A stretch of DNA of 64,000 bases from an uncultured bacterium (GCA_963801165.1 CAWDDT010000004.1:288001-352000); one strand, 5' to 3'. Numbered from the stretch's first letter, positions 46,641 to 57,184 are shown. Program-made: numbers and translations. Notes: generated by a model from the sequence alone, not told the origin.

Positions 46641-47441
46641 CTACGGATTCCAGCCGATCCCGAGCAGGTGAGGGCTGGCGCCGAGGATCGGCGCTTCCTT
46701 CTCCAGCAGCTCCAGGAGCCGCAACAGCTCCGCCCTCTTGACTGCGTCGTCCAGCCGCTCGCTCAGGTCGCCGGCCGCCCAGCCGATGCCCTCGACGGCC
46801 ACGACCTCGACACGCTCCAGCCCGGCGTCCTCCAGCTCGCTGCGCAGGTCGTCGGGGAGATGAAAGTAGGCAGTCGTGAAGTACGAAGGATTGCCGGTTG
46901 CGTTGATGTGCGTTCCCGTCTCGAGCTCGGCGACCACCAACTCGGCGAATTCCGGGTCGTCCCAGAAACCCGAGTCGAGACCGTCGATGACGGCGGCATA
47001 GCGCGATATGGCGGCGACAAACACGGGGGCACCGGCCTTGCCCACCCGCATCGCCTCGCCGAGCGCGGCCAGGCGATGCTCTCGCTCTATGAGGTGATAC
47101 AGCGGGCCGAGCAGCAGCACGGCATCCTGGGTCCTGGTGCGGACCGGCAGATCACGGGCGTCACCGAGTTGCGCCCGCACGCCGCGCTCGGTTGCCTGTC
47201 GGATGTGGCGGGGAACGATATCGATCAGCTCGACGTCGTACCCTGCTTCGCCGAGGGCCGCCGCATATGCGCCGGGCCCGCCTCCGACGTCGAGGATCGT
47301 CGCCGGGGGATCGGGCAGGTGCCGCTCCATGATCACGCGCGTACGGATCATCTCGAGCCGGTTGCCGGGGTCGCGGTCCAGCCGGGTGTCCTCGTCGTAC
47401 CGCTCCTCGTAGTGGGCGACGACGTCGGACAGCGGATCCAC
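46641..47441 (-). CDS. class I SAM-dependent methyltransferase
   Basis: LDVGGGPG, GDARDL, LLLGPLYHL. Confidence 0.9.
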   Translation of the reverse strand: MDPLSDVVAHYEERYDEDTRLDRDPGNRLEMIRTRVIMERHLPDPPATILDVGGGPGAYAAALGEAGYDVELIDIVPRHIRQATERGVRAQLGDARDLPVRTRTQDAVLLLGPLYHLIEREHRLAALGEAMRVGKAGAPVFVAAISRYAAVIDGLDSGFWDDPEFAELVVAELETGTHINATGNPSYFTTAYFHLPDDLRSELEDAGLERVEVVAVEGIGWAAGDLSERLDDAVKRAELLRLLELLEKEAPILGASPHLLGIGWNP

Positions 47442-47443
47442 CG

Positions 47444-47665
47444 TCAGTCCTTGCGCATGTCGGGATCGTTGGCGATCCGCTCTTCCTCGGCCCGCCGTCG
47501 CTCCCAGTACTTTTTCGTCGCGTTCTTGCGCGCTTGTTTCATCAGGTAGTAGAGGCTGAGGATCACGACCGCGACTACGGCCCACACGAGGCGCGCCGAT
47601 GTGTCCTCGGGGATTATGGAGTCGGCGGCAAGGGAGTCGACGGCAATGATCGCGGTGAGCATCAT
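47444..47665 (-). CDS. small membrane protein
   Basis: One TM plus charged tail; TAGGCT 7 nt before ATG. Confidence 0.6.
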   Translation of the reverse strand: MMLTAIIAVDSLAADSIIPEDTSARLVWAVVAVVILSLYYLMKQARKNATKKYWERRRAEEERIANDPDMRKD

Positions 47666-47703
47666 GGTGCCTAGCCTACGGGGTCCCGCTGCAGGGAGCA
47701 TCA

Positions 47704-48936
47704 TTGCCCGTAGACATCACGTTCATCCGCCACGGACAGACTGAAGGCAACGCGGCCGGGCGCTGGCAGGGTCACACCGACTCCTCGCTGACCGAGCTGG
47801 GGCGAAGGCAGGCAAAGGCTCTTGGCGCTCGTCTCGCCGCCAGGCAGTTCGATCTGATCGTCTCGAGCGATCTGGTCCGCACCGGGGAGACAGCAGCGGC
47901 GCTCGACCGAACCTTCGTCACCGATCCCCGCTGGCGCGAGCCCTTCTTCGGTACATGGGAGAACCGCAGCACCAGCGAGATCATCGAGGAATCCGGAGAC
48001 GACCTCCAGGCCCTGTTTGCCGGGGAGGACATCGCGCTCGGTGGTGGGGAGCGTCCTTCCGAAGTGGTGGCCCGCGTCCGTGACGCGCTCGACGGCATGC
48101 TGGCCAGGCTCGACGGTGACGGCTCTGCCGCCGTGGTCAGCCATGGCATGTCCTTGCTCCTGCTGATCAGCGCCCTTCTCGAGACGAAGCTACCGAGCCC
48201 GCTTCGCCTGCTTGGCAATACCGCGATCGCCGAGCTCACTCTGGACGACGGGGAAGTGCGGATGCGCCGCTACAACGACGACACTCATCTCGGTGACCTT
48301 CCACCTACACACTTCCAATTCGACCACGGTGTCACCGAGTTGCTGATGGTACGCCACGGCCAGACGACGTCGAATGTCGAGGGGCGGTGGCAGGGTCATC
48401 AAGATGGCGAGCTCACCGAAGAGGGGCGCCGCCAAATCGGCTTGCTCGCCGGCAGCTTTCCCGCGGTGGGAGCGATGTACTCGTCGCCGCTGCTGAGGGC
48501 CGCCCATACGGCCGGGGCGATCGCGGCGCGGCAGGGTCTCGAAGTAAACTTCGACGAGCGTCTCAAGGAGATCTCGTTCGGGCAGTGGGAAGGTCTCACC
48601 CGAAGCGAGATCAAGGGCCGTTTCCCGGAATCGGAGGCCTTCTTCGCCGGTCGTGACGTCGTCCGCGGTGCGACGGGAGAGACATTCGACCAGGTGCGGT
48701 CCCGGTTCCGTTCGTCGCTCGCCGATATCGCAGGTCGTCATCCGGGTGAGAAAGTCGCCGTGGTCTCGCACGGTGGTTCGATACGGGCCTGGCTCACGGA
48801 GCTGCTCGGGCTCCCGTATGCGCACCGGAACCGGCTTTCGATTCTGGGGAACACCGGATACGCCCGGGTCTCGCTTGGAGCCGCCGGACAGAGCCTGGTC
48901 GCCTGGAACCTCGCCCCGCATCTGGAGAGCACGTGA
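47704..48936 (+). CDS. tandem histidine phosphatase (two PGM-like domains)
   Basis: RHGQT..WQGH..SHG occurs twice. Confidence 0.9.
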   Translation: MPVDITFIRHGQTEGNAAGRWQGHTDSSLTELGRRQAKALGARLAARQFDLIVSSDLVRTGETAAALDRTFVTDPRWREPFFGTWENRSTSEIIEESGDDLQALFAGEDIALGGGERPSEVVARVRDALDGMLARLDGDGSAAVVSHGMSLLLLISALLETKLPSPLRLLGNTAIAELTLDDGEVRMRRYNDDTHLGDLPPTHFQFDHGVTELLMVRHGQTTSNVEGRWQGHQDGELTEEGRRQIGLLAGSFPAVGAMYSSPLLRAAHTAGAIAARQGLEVNFDERLKEISFGQWEGLTRSEIKGRFPESEAFFAGRDVVRGATGETFDQVRSRFRSSLADIAGRHPGEKVAVVSHGGSIRAWLTELLGLPYAHRNRLSILGNTGYARVSLGAAGQSLVAWNLAPHLEST

Positions 48937-50021
48937 CTGCTGCGAGGCGTCTTCTCATCATCACGAACGACTACCCGCCCAAAAGCGGAGGGATCCAGAC
49001 CTATCTAGGCGACCTGGCCGACGCCTACCCGGGGCCGGTGCGGGTGCTGGCCCCCGCCGATGGCCCGGCCGTCGGGACGGCGAGAGGTGAGGAGATTGTC
49101 AGGCGCGGCCGGCGCCGTTTCATGTGGCCGACCCGGACAACGATCGAATGGTTCGTGACCGAAGCCCGCGACTTCGCTGCGGAGGCAATACTGTTCGGCG
49201 CCCCGCACCCGCTGACCCGGGCGATACCGCGCCTCCAGCACGAGCTCGGTGTTCCCGTAGGCGTGCTTTGTCACGGGGCGGAGGTGACGATCCCGGCTGC
49301 GGTCCCCGGCGTACGCGCCTGGCTACGCCGGACGCTCGGTCATGCCGATGTTCTCTTCGCCGTGAGCCGGTTCACCCAGGGTCGGGTCAGCAGGCTCACC
49401 GGTCACGACGTTGTGACCGTAGGTGCCGGTGTCGCGGTCGATGTCTTCACGCCCCCGGTCGAGCCCCCGCACAACGACCCGCCCGTGGTCGGGTGTGTCA
49501 GCAGGCTGGTGCCGCGCAAAGGCCAGCACCGGTTGATTGCCGCAGGCGAAGAGTTGGGGCGGCGCGGCGTCTCTGTCGAGCTTCTCATCGTGGGCTCGGG
49601 CCGGAACGAGAAGCGGCTGCGCAAGCTTGCGGCACGGTCGAACGTCGAGGTCCGCTTCGAGATCGCCGTACCGTGGGCTGACCTGGTCGACGCCTATCGG
49701 TCGATGGACATCTTCTGCATGCCGTGCCGGAGCCGGTGGGGCGGTCTCGAGACCGAGGGTCTGGGGTTGGTGTTTCTAGAAGCGGCCGCCGCTGGCCTCC
49801 CTGTGCTCGCTGGATCGTCCGGCGGCTCACCTGAGACGGTTGTGCCGGGCGACACGGGATTTGTTGTCGATTCGGTGGACGACATCGTCGAGGGTGTCCA
49901 GCTACTGTTGGCAGACCGCGATAGAGCCCGTGAAATGGGGGTAAAGGGACGGTCGCGGGTGGTCGAGGAGTACGTCTGGGGTAGGGTCGTTGCCAGGCTC
50001 GACTCCGGTTTCCGGTCTTGA
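48933..50021 (+). CDS. GT4 glycosyltransferase (PimB'-like)
   Basis: TNDYPPKSGGIQ, SRLVPRKG, EGLGLVFLEA. Confidence 0.9.
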   Translation: MTAARRLLIITNDYPPKSGGIQTYLGDLADAYPGPVRVLAPADGPAVGTARGEEIVRRGRRRFMWPTRTTIEWFVTEARDFAAEAILFGAPHPLTRAIPRLQHELGVPVGVLCHGAEVTIPAAVPGVRAWLRRTLGHADVLFAVSRFTQGRVSRLTGHDVVTVGAGVAVDVFTPPVEPPHNDPPVVGCVSRLVPRKGQHRLIAAGEELGRRGVSVELLIVGSGRNEKRLRKLAARSNVEVRFEIAVPWADLVDAYRSMDIFCMPCRSRWGGLETEGLGLVFLEAAAAGLPVLAGSSGGSPETVVPGDTGFVVDSVDDIVEGVQLLLADRDRAREMGVKGRSRVVEEYVWGRVVARLDSGFRS

Positions 50022-50099
50022 CAGAGCCCGGGATCGTCCGTAAGTATCGACCCGCTCCACGTTTTCAACCGGCCACGGGACCGCGTCCCGCACCAAACA

Positions 50100-52703
50100 A
50101 TGCCAAAGAAACTCGTCATCGTTGAGTCTCCGGCAAAAGCCGCGACCATCTCCGGGTACCTCGGGGACGGTTACGTTGTGGAGTCCTCGATCGGTCACAT
50201 CCGCGACATACCGGCCAAAGCGGCAGATGCCCCCAAGAACCTCCAGGACGAGTGGAGGCGGACCCGCTACGGCGTCGACGTCGACAACGACTTCAAGCCT
50301 CTGTACGTAGTCACGCCCGACAAGAAGCAGCAGGTGAACAAACTCAAGAACCTGCTGAAAGATGCAGATGAGCTCTTGCTGGCAACTGATGAGGACCGCG
50401 AGGGAGAAGCGATCGCCTGGCACCTGATGGAGACCTTGAGACCCAAGGTGCCGGTGCATCGCATGGTGTTCCACGAGATCACCAAGAGCGCGATTATGGA
50501 AGCAGCGGCGCACCCGCGCGACCTCGACCAGGGTCTGGTCGACGCCCAGGAGGCGCGCCGCATCCTGGATCGGCTCTATGGATACGAGGTGTCGCCCGTT
50601 CTGTGGCGCAAGGTGAAGCGCGGGCTATCGGCCGGCCGGGTGCAGTCCCCGGCGACACGGATCATCGTCGACAGGGAACGGGAGCGGATGGCGTTCGTCT
50701 CCGCTTCGTATTGGGATCTCGCCGGCACGTTCGAGACGGCCAACGGCCCACTCGACGCGACATTGGCGACCATCGACGGCACGCAGGTGGCGACGGGCCG
50801 CGATTTTGACGAGAGCGGAGCCGCCACCAACTCCGATCGGTTGATTCTCGACGAGCAACGCGCCGCGGACCTCGCTACCAAGCTCGCCGACGCCGACGCC
50901 GAGATCGCGTCTGTCGAGGCCAGGCCGTACACACGCAAACCGTATCCTCCCTTCCGAACCTCCACTCTGCAGCAGGAGGCGGGGCGCAAGCTCCGCTTCG
51001 GCGCCCGCAGGACAATGTCGGCCGCTCAGCGGCTGTACGAGGCGGGACATATCACATACATGCGTACCGACTCGCTCACCCTTTCCACGGCCGCCATCGA
51101 GACGGCACGCACGCTCGTGTCCGCCCGCTACGGCGATGAGTATCTCCCGGCGGCTCCCCGTACCTACAAGTCTCAGGTGAAGAACGCCCAAGAGGCTCAC
51201 GAGGCGATTCGCCCTGCCGGGGACAGCTTCAAGTCGCCCAAGTCGATAGCCGCCGAATACGGGCCATCGTCTGACGAGGTGAAGCTGTACGACCTCATCT
51301 GGAAGCGGACGGTCGCCTCGCAGATGAAGGACGCCCACGGCGAGAGCGTCAAGGTCGTGGTCCAGGCGACCACCGAAGACGGAATCGTCACCGAGTTCTC
51401 TGCGTCGGGTACGACGATTCTGTTCGCCGGGTTCCTACGTGCCTATGTCGAGGGCAGCGACGATCCCGAAGCGGCTCTCGACGACCAGGAGAGGCACCTC
51501 CCCGCCGTCACGTTGGGCGAGCAAGTGACGCCGTTGACAATCGAGCCGAAGGGTCACGAGACCAAACCGCCCGCCCGGTACACGGAAGCGTCCCTCGTCA
51601 AGCGGCTCGAGGAACTGGAGATCGGCAGGCCCTCGACGTACGCATCGATCATCAGCACGATCCAGGACCGCGGCTACGTGTACAAGAAGGGGTCGGCGCT
51701 GGTTCCGACCTTCACCGCCTTTGCCGTCGTCGCACTGATGGAGCGGCACTTCGCCGATCTCGTCGATCTGGATTTCACCGCGAGGATGGAGGACGACCTC
51801 GATCAGATAGCCAACGGCCAGATGGAGGCGACGCCATGGCTGAGGAGCTTCTATTTCGGGAACGGCCATCCCGGGCTGAAGAGCCTCGTCTCGGCGAACA
51901 TCGAGGAGATCGATGCTCGCGAGATCAACTCCATTCCGATTGGTGTCGATGGCGACGGGAACATGATTGTTGTTCGATCAGGGAAGTTCGGGCCATATGT
52001 GCAGCGCGGCGAGGATACGGCGAGCATCCCGCCCGACCTGCCACCGGACGAGCTCTCGGTCGAAAAAGCGGTCGAGTTTCTCGAAGCGCCCAGCGGTCAT
52101 CGGATCCTCGGAGCCGATCCCGAGACCGGTCTCGAAGTCTCCGTGCGCACCGGTAGGTTCGGCGCGTACGTGCAGCTCGGTGAGCAAGAGCCCGACACCA
52201 AGACGAAGCCCAACCGGTCTTCGCTTTTCCAGGGTATGGAGGAAGACGCCATCACCCTCGAGGACGCCCTGCGGCTGCTGAGCCTTCCCCGCGTGGTCGG
52301 GCCACACCCGGAGGACGGCGCCGACATCATTGCCCAGAACGGTCGCTACGGGCCCTACATCAGCTGGGGCAAGGAGACCAGGAGCCTCGAGGCGGAGGAG
52401 CAGCTCTTCACCGTCGACGTCGAAGATGCGGTGCGGCGGCTCAAGGAGCCGAAGAGACGCGGGCGGCGAGCGGCGGCGCCGCCCTTGAAGGAGCTTGGTG
52501 CGGACCCGAGCTCGGGGAAACCGATCGTCGTCAAAGAGGGCCGTTTCGGTCCGTATGTGACCGACGGGGAGACAAACGCGTCGCTCCGGGTTGCCGACAC
52601 TGTCGAGGCCGTGACCCTCGACCGGGCGTTGGAACTGCTCCAGCTGCGTCGAGAGAAGCTGGCCGCCCAGGGCGGGACCAATCAACGCGGTAAGAAGACC
52701 TGA
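50100..52703 (+). CDS. topA: DNA topoisomerase I
   Basis: IVESPAKA, ATDEDREGEAI, SAGRVQS, ITYMRTDS, GRFGPY C-terminal repeats. Confidence 0.98.
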   Translation: MPKKLVIVESPAKAATISGYLGDGYVVESSIGHIRDIPAKAADAPKNLQDEWRRTRYGVDVDNDFKPLYVVTPDKKQQVNKLKNLLKDADELLLATDEDREGEAIAWHLMETLRPKVPVHRMVFHEITKSAIMEAAAHPRDLDQGLVDAQEARRILDRLYGYEVSPVLWRKVKRGLSAGRVQSPATRIIVDRERERMAFVSASYWDLAGTFETANGPLDATLATIDGTQVATGRDFDESGAATNSDRLILDEQRAADLATKLADADAEIASVEARPYTRKPYPPFRTSTLQQEAGRKLRFGARRTMSAAQRLYEAGHITYMRTDSLTLSTAAIETARTLVSARYGDEYLPAAPRTYKSQVKNAQEAHEAIRPAGDSFKSPKSIAAEYGPSSDEVKLYDLIWKRTVASQMKDAHGESVKVVVQATTEDGIVTEFSASGTTILFAGFLRAYVEGSDDPEAALDDQERHLPAVTLGEQVTPLTIEPKGHETKPPARYTEASLVKRLEELEIGRPSTYASIISTIQDRGYVYKKGSALVPTFTAFAVVALMERHFADLVDLDFTARMEDDLDQIANGQMEATPWLRSFYFGNGHPGLKSLVSANIEEIDAREINSIPIGVDGDGNMIVVRSGKFGPYVQRGEDTASIPPDLPPDELSVEKAVEFLEAPSGHRILGADPETGLEVSVRTGRFGAYVQLGEQEPDTKTKPNRSSLFQGMEEDAITLEDALRLLSLPRVVGPHPEDGADIIAQNGRYGPYISWGKETRSLEAEEQLFTVDVEDAVRRLKEPKRRGRRAAAPPLKELGADPSSGKPIVVKEGRFGPYVTDGETNASLRVADTVEAVTLDRALELLQLRREKLAAQGGTNQRGKKT

Positions 52704-52758
52704 GCCGGCCGCGGAGCAGCAGCCCATCTCGCCATTATCCCGGCGGTCTCCTAGCCTC

Positions 52759-53316
52759 ATGGCGATGATCGACACCGTGTCTCGCTCGGACCGTCTTGCG
52801 TGGGTCTCCACGGTCGTTCGCATGGTGCTCGGGGCGACCATGTTGTACGCGGGGGTCCTCAAGCTTCTGGAACCGAGCCAGGCTCTCCGTGCCGTCCAGG
52901 CCTATCGTATCCTGCCTCCTGCTATCGACGATATCGTCGCTTACGGACTCCCGCTCCTCGAGATGGCGGTCGGAGCTCTCCTGCTTCTCGGTCTCGGGAC
53001 GAGGCCGGCCGCCTGGATCACGAGCGGGTTGATGGTCGTCTTCATCGCAGGCGTAGCTTCCGCCTGGATTCGGGGTCTATCGATCGATTGTGGCTGTTTC
53101 GGCGGCGGTGGCGACGTAGCCGCTGCCGGCAAGGTCGGGCGCTACACAGCTGAGATACTGCGCGACGTGGGTTTGCTGGCGCTTGCGGGCTGGCTGGTGT
53201 GGTTCCCGGTGAGCCGCTTGGCGCTGGATCAGGTGGTCGACCCCGGAGATCCGTCCGATGAGACGGATCGGCATGGAGACGACCGGAACGAGACATATGA
53301 GGAGTCTTCCCGATGA
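52759..53316 (+). CDS. MauE/DoxX-family membrane protein
   Basis: AVQAYRILP, RGLSIDCGCFG. Confidence 0.88.
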   Translation: MAMIDTVSRSDRLAWVSTVVRMVLGATMLYAGVLKLLEPSQALRAVQAYRILPPAIDDIVAYGLPLLEMAVGALLLLGLGTRPAAWITSGLMVVFIAGVASAWIRGLSIDCGCFGGGGDVAAAGKVGRYTAEILRDVGLLALAGWLVWFPVSRLALDQVVDPGDPSDETDRHGDDRNETYEESSR

Positions 53317-54032
53317 GCAACGGCAAACCAACGCAGACCCGGCAACCGGCGCAGGACGCCAAACGCCGGCGGACTCGCTACATCATGATCGGCGTTGTAG
53401 TGGCGGTGGTTGTGGCGATCGGCATCAGCGTGCTCGCTTCCAACCGGACTACGACCAACACCGACGCGTCTGCGCCCGCAGGTGTTCTCGACGATCTTGG
53501 GGTCCCGGTGGGTACCGCGACCTCACCGGTCATGGACGTCTACGAGGACTTCCAGTGTCCGGTGTGCGCGGGTCTCGAGAGCAACGTCGGGCCTGCGTTG
53601 GGCGAGATGGTGGACAACGGCGAGGTCCTGCTCGTCTACCACATCATGTCGTTCCTCGACGGCAACCTGCGCAACGACTCCTCGACGCGGGCAGCGAACG
53701 CCGCGGGGTGCGCCCAGGACCAAGGCGTGTTCAAGGCGTACCACGATCAGGTGTTCGCCAACCAACCCCAGGAGGGCGTCGGGTTCACCGACGAGCAACT
53801 GATCACCTTCGGCGAGGCTGCAGGGGTATCCGATATGGCTGCTTTCCGGGTGTGCGTCTCCGACCAAACCTATGCGGACTGGGTTACCCAGGTCGAGCGT
53901 CTCGCTGAGGACGATCAGGTGCACGGTACGCCGACGCTGGTGATCAACGGCACGACGTTCGACCCGAGCCAGGCGCAAACCTGGGACGACTACGTCACGC
54001 TGTTGACTGCGGCCATTCAGCAGGCGGGTTGA
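53313..54032 (+). CDS. membrane-anchored DsbA-family thioredoxin
   Basis: N-terminal TM, YEDFQCPVC, GTPT cis-Pro loop. Confidence 0.9.
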   Translation: MSNGKPTQTRQPAQDAKRRRTRYIMIGVVVAVVVAIGISVLASNRTTTNTDASAPAGVLDDLGVPVGTATSPVMDVYEDFQCPVCAGLESNVGPALGEMVDNGEVLLVYHIMSFLDGNLRNDSSTRAANAAGCAQDQGVFKAYHDQVFANQPQEGVGFTDEQLITFGEAAGVSDMAAFRVCVSDQTYADWVTQVERLAEDDQVHGTPTLVINGTTFDPSQAQTWDDYVTLLTAAIQQAG

Positions 54033-54132
54033 TCCTTCGATCAGAACGAAGTGGTAGCTCGCAAGACCGCAGTGACGTATCGTCTTGCGGACAAGCGCAG
54101 ATTCGTCATGCTCCACCACTAGGGTCTCTCTG

Positions 54133-55527
54133 ATGCTTCCCGAGGAAGGCGTCCCCAGAACAACGAGATCGCTGATCACGTCCGGGCAGTTTGCCCGTTT
54201 CTTCTGGGCTGCCGTGATTGGGTCGACCGGTGACTGGATCACGGTGTTCGCCATGATCACTCTGGCCGGACGGATCAGAAACCAGGAGGGCATCCTGATC
54301 GCGTTGATGGCCCGCATCCTCCCCGGACTTCTCCTGGGAGGCGTCGTGGGCGTCATCAGCGACCGGATGGACCGGCGCAAGCTCGTGGTCATGGCCGACA
54401 TCGGTCGCGGCGCCATCGTGCCGTTCCTGGCGTTCGTTAATACGCTGACGCTGCTTGTCGCGATAACGCTCGTCCTCGAGATGCTCAGCCTTCTTGGTCA
54501 GCCGCCGCGTACGGCCATGGTTCCGCGTCTCGTCAGGGAGGAGAACCTGGTCGGCGCCAACAGCTTGATGCTGGCGGCGGCATACGGGACGATCCCGATC
54601 GGGTCGCTGATGCTGCTGATCATCCAGGGTTTTCCAGAGGTTACCTGGGGGCTCATCCCGGCGGGCAACGGGAGCCTGGCACTCGCCTTTGCATTCGACG
54701 CGGTCACCTTCTTCGCATCTGGGTCGCTGATTGCCTCGCTGCCGCGGATCGTCTCCCCTCTCGTCGAGGATCCCGCGGCCGCAAACGGGAGGAGCACATG
54801 GGCGGATTTCAAGGAGGGTATCGCCTTTCTGGTTGGTGACCCTTCCGTGCGCCGGGTCATAACCGGCATGACGACCGCCCTGTTCGGCGGCGGCATGATC
54901 ATCGTCCTGGGCCAGGACTTTGCGAAGAACGTGCTGCAAGCCGACGACGCCGGGTTCTTCGCCATCATCACCATGCTCGGCATCGGTGCGGTGATCGGTC
55001 TCGTAGGTCTTTCGATGAACGAGAGCAGGCTGGTGCACCTCGATCTGGCGTTTGGCATCGCCACCACCATCACCGGGATCGGGCTCATCGCCGCCTCCAT
55101 GGTGACTACCGTCGCAGGCGCTGCCGCCTGGATGCTCGTGATGGGGATGGGGGCGGGGGCGGCCTATCTCATGGGTCTGACCCACCTCCATGAGTATGTC
55201 GACGACGAGCTCAGGGGCAGAGTCTTTGCCGCGCTGTTCGGGCTGATGCGGATCGGGCTGTTCGTCGCCATGATCCTGGCGGTGCCGCTTGCCGGCGCCC
55301 TGCGATCGGTGAAGATCTGGAGGCTGGACGATCCAACCCGGCTGGTGCTTGCTCTGGGCGGGGTGACGATTCTGGTGTCGGGGCTAGCCGTCATCATCAC
55401 CTTGCGTTCGCTCCTTCTGAGCCCGAGCCTGCGCAAGGAGACGCAGGACATCATCGTCGCCGCCAACAAGGCCCGGCGGGCCCGTTTGGAGCGGCGGCAC
55501 GACGGCGACGAAGAGGAAGAGAAATGA
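54133..55527 (+). CDS. MFS transporter
   Basis: GVISDRMDRRK, VDDELRGRVFA; overlaps tmk. Confidence 0.88.
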   Translation: MLPEEGVPRTTRSLITSGQFARFFWAAVIGSTGDWITVFAMITLAGRIRNQEGILIALMARILPGLLLGGVVGVISDRMDRRKLVVMADIGRGAIVPFLAFVNTLTLLVAITLVLEMLSLLGQPPRTAMVPRLVREENLVGANSLMLAAAYGTIPIGSLMLLIIQGFPEVTWGLIPAGNGSLALAFAFDAVTFFASGSLIASLPRIVSPLVEDPAAANGRSTWADFKEGIAFLVGDPSVRRVITGMTTALFGGGMIIVLGQDFAKNVLQADDAGFFAIITMLGIGAVIGLVGLSMNESRLVHLDLAFGIATTITGIGLIAASMVTTVAGAAAWMLVMGMGAGAAYLMGLTHLHEYVDDELRGRVFAALFGLMRIGLFVAMILAVPLAGALRSVKIWRLDDPTRLVLALGGVTILVSGLAVIITLRSLLLSPSLRKETQDIIVAANKARRARLERRHDGDEEEEK

Positions 55528-56147
55528 CCGCCCCCTACATCACGTTCGAGGGAATCGAGGGGACCGGCAAGTCCACGATGGCGGCGCGGCTGGCCGCACA
55601 CCTCGAGGCCGGTGGTATCGATGTCCTGTTTGTGAGGGAGCCGGGAGGAACCGCTACGGGTGAGCTGATCAGGGAGGTGCTGCTCGATCCCGGCGGCAGC
55701 GTTGCACCGTGGACCGAGGCGTTGTTGTTCGCCGCGGCACGGGCGCAGCTCGCCAACGAGATCGTGGGGCCTGCTCTGCGCCGGGGTTGCTGGGTTGTCA
55801 GCGACCGCTCCGTGTACTCATCGCTTGCCTACCAGGGCGGTGGTCGGGGCCTCGGGGTCGCCGTGGTCCGGGCCATCAATGCGCCGGGTTTGGGTGACGT
55901 GTGGCCAGATTTGGTCGTGCTGCTCGATCTGGATGCGGCGACCGGTCTGGCGAGACAGCTCGACCCCGATCGGATCGGCGCCGAGGATGCATCGTTTCAG
56001 GCGACGGTCGCAAGGACGTTCACGGCTCTGGCAGTGGCGGAGCCCGACCGGTTCGTTGCCGTCGACGCATCCGGCGACACGGAGTCGGTTTGGCACAGGG
56101 TTCTCGAATGTGTGGAGGAACGGTGGACACTCTCTTCACAGATGTGA
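55524..56147 (+). CDS. tmk: thymidylate kinase
   Basis: FEGIEGTGKST, REPGG, SDR..SSLAYQG. Confidence 0.95.
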   Translation: MTAPYITFEGIEGTGKSTMAARLAAHLEAGGIDVLFVREPGGTATGELIREVLLDPGGSVAPWTEALLFAAARAQLANEIVGPALRRGCWVVSDRSVYSSLAYQGGGRGLGVAVVRAINAPGLGDVWPDLVVLLDLDAATGLARQLDPDRIGAEDASFQATVARTFTALAVAEPDRFVAVDASGDTESVWHRVLECVEERWTLSSQM

Positions 56148-57184
56148 TCGGCCACCGCCCAGTGTGCGCGGTCCTGGAGCGCGACATCACCGCTCCGAGC
56201 CATGCCTACCTCTTCGTCGGGCCACTCGGTGTCGGCAAGGCCGCCGTTGCCCGCCGCTTCGCCGCCGGGATCCTGTGCGGGGGAGATGAGAGATGCGCCA
56301 ACCGGGTGCTGCGCGGCTTCCACCCCGACCTGATCCTGGTGGAGCCGGAAGGCCGCTCGGCGATCACTGTTGAGCAGGCACGACACGCTGTGTCGCTCGC
56401 CAGCCTTGCACCTGTGGAAGCGAGCCGCAAGATCTTTGTCCTCGAGGAAGGCGGGGCGATGAACGACGAAGCCGCCAACGCCCTGCTCAAGACTCTGGAG
56501 GAGCCGACGGCATCGACGGTTTTCATCGTCGTCGCCGAGTCCGAGGATGACCTCCCCGAGACGATATCCAGTAGGTGCCGCACCGTTGTGTTTGGCCGCG
56601 TGCCGGAGGCTGAGATCACCGCAGGACTGGTCGCCCGCGGCATCTCGACCGACCGCGCCGAGCAGGCAGCACGGATCTCCGGGGGGCGGCCGGGCCTGGC
56701 GATATCACTGGCGACGCGCGCCGACGTCGCTGCCTTTCGCACCGTGTGGCTCAGTGTGCCGATGCGGCTCTCGGCGCATCCGGGAGACGGCTACCGGCTC
56801 GCCGACGAGTTGACCGCGGCTGCCGAGCCCTTGCTGGTGGCGCTCAAGGCCCGCCAGGCGGAAGAAACTGAGGTGATGGAGAGAGAAGGCGGGCTCTCCA
56901 AGAACGTCGAGCAGCGCCAGGTGCGAGAGCTGAAACGAGCCGAGCTGGCCTTGCACATATCCGGTCTCGAGATTCTGTCCGGGTTCTATCGCGATGCTGC
57001 CGCCGGCCAGCTGGGTGCCCCCGTCCGCAACTCGGACATCCCGTCGAGTGCGCTCACCCGGATCACGCCGCGCCGCGCCGTGCGCAACGCCGACAGGATA
57101 CTGGAGGCAATCGAGGCTATCGAGGCGAATCAGCGTCCCCAGCTCGCCCTGGCGGCGCTTCTTGCCGACATCGGTGAGGAGTAG
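56123..57184 (+). CDS. holB: DNA polymerase III delta' subunit
   Basis: HAYLFVGPLGVGK, HPD, ANALLKTLEEP, TISSRC. Confidence 0.92.
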   Translation: MDTLFTDVIGHRPVCAVLERDITAPSHAYLFVGPLGVGKAAVARRFAAGILCGGDERCANRVLRGFHPDLILVEPEGRSAITVEQARHAVSLASLAPVEASRKIFVLEEGGAMNDEAANALLKTLEEPTASTVFIVVAESEDDLPETISSRCRTVVFGRVPEAEITAGLVARGISTDRAEQAARISGGRPGLAISLATRADVAAFRTVWLSVPMRLSAHPGDGYRLADELTAAAEPLLVALKARQAEETEVMEREGGLSKNVEQRQVRELKRAELALHISGLEILSGFYRDAAAGQLGAPVRNSDIPSSALTRITPRRAVRNADRILEAIEAIEANQRPQLALAALLADIGEE

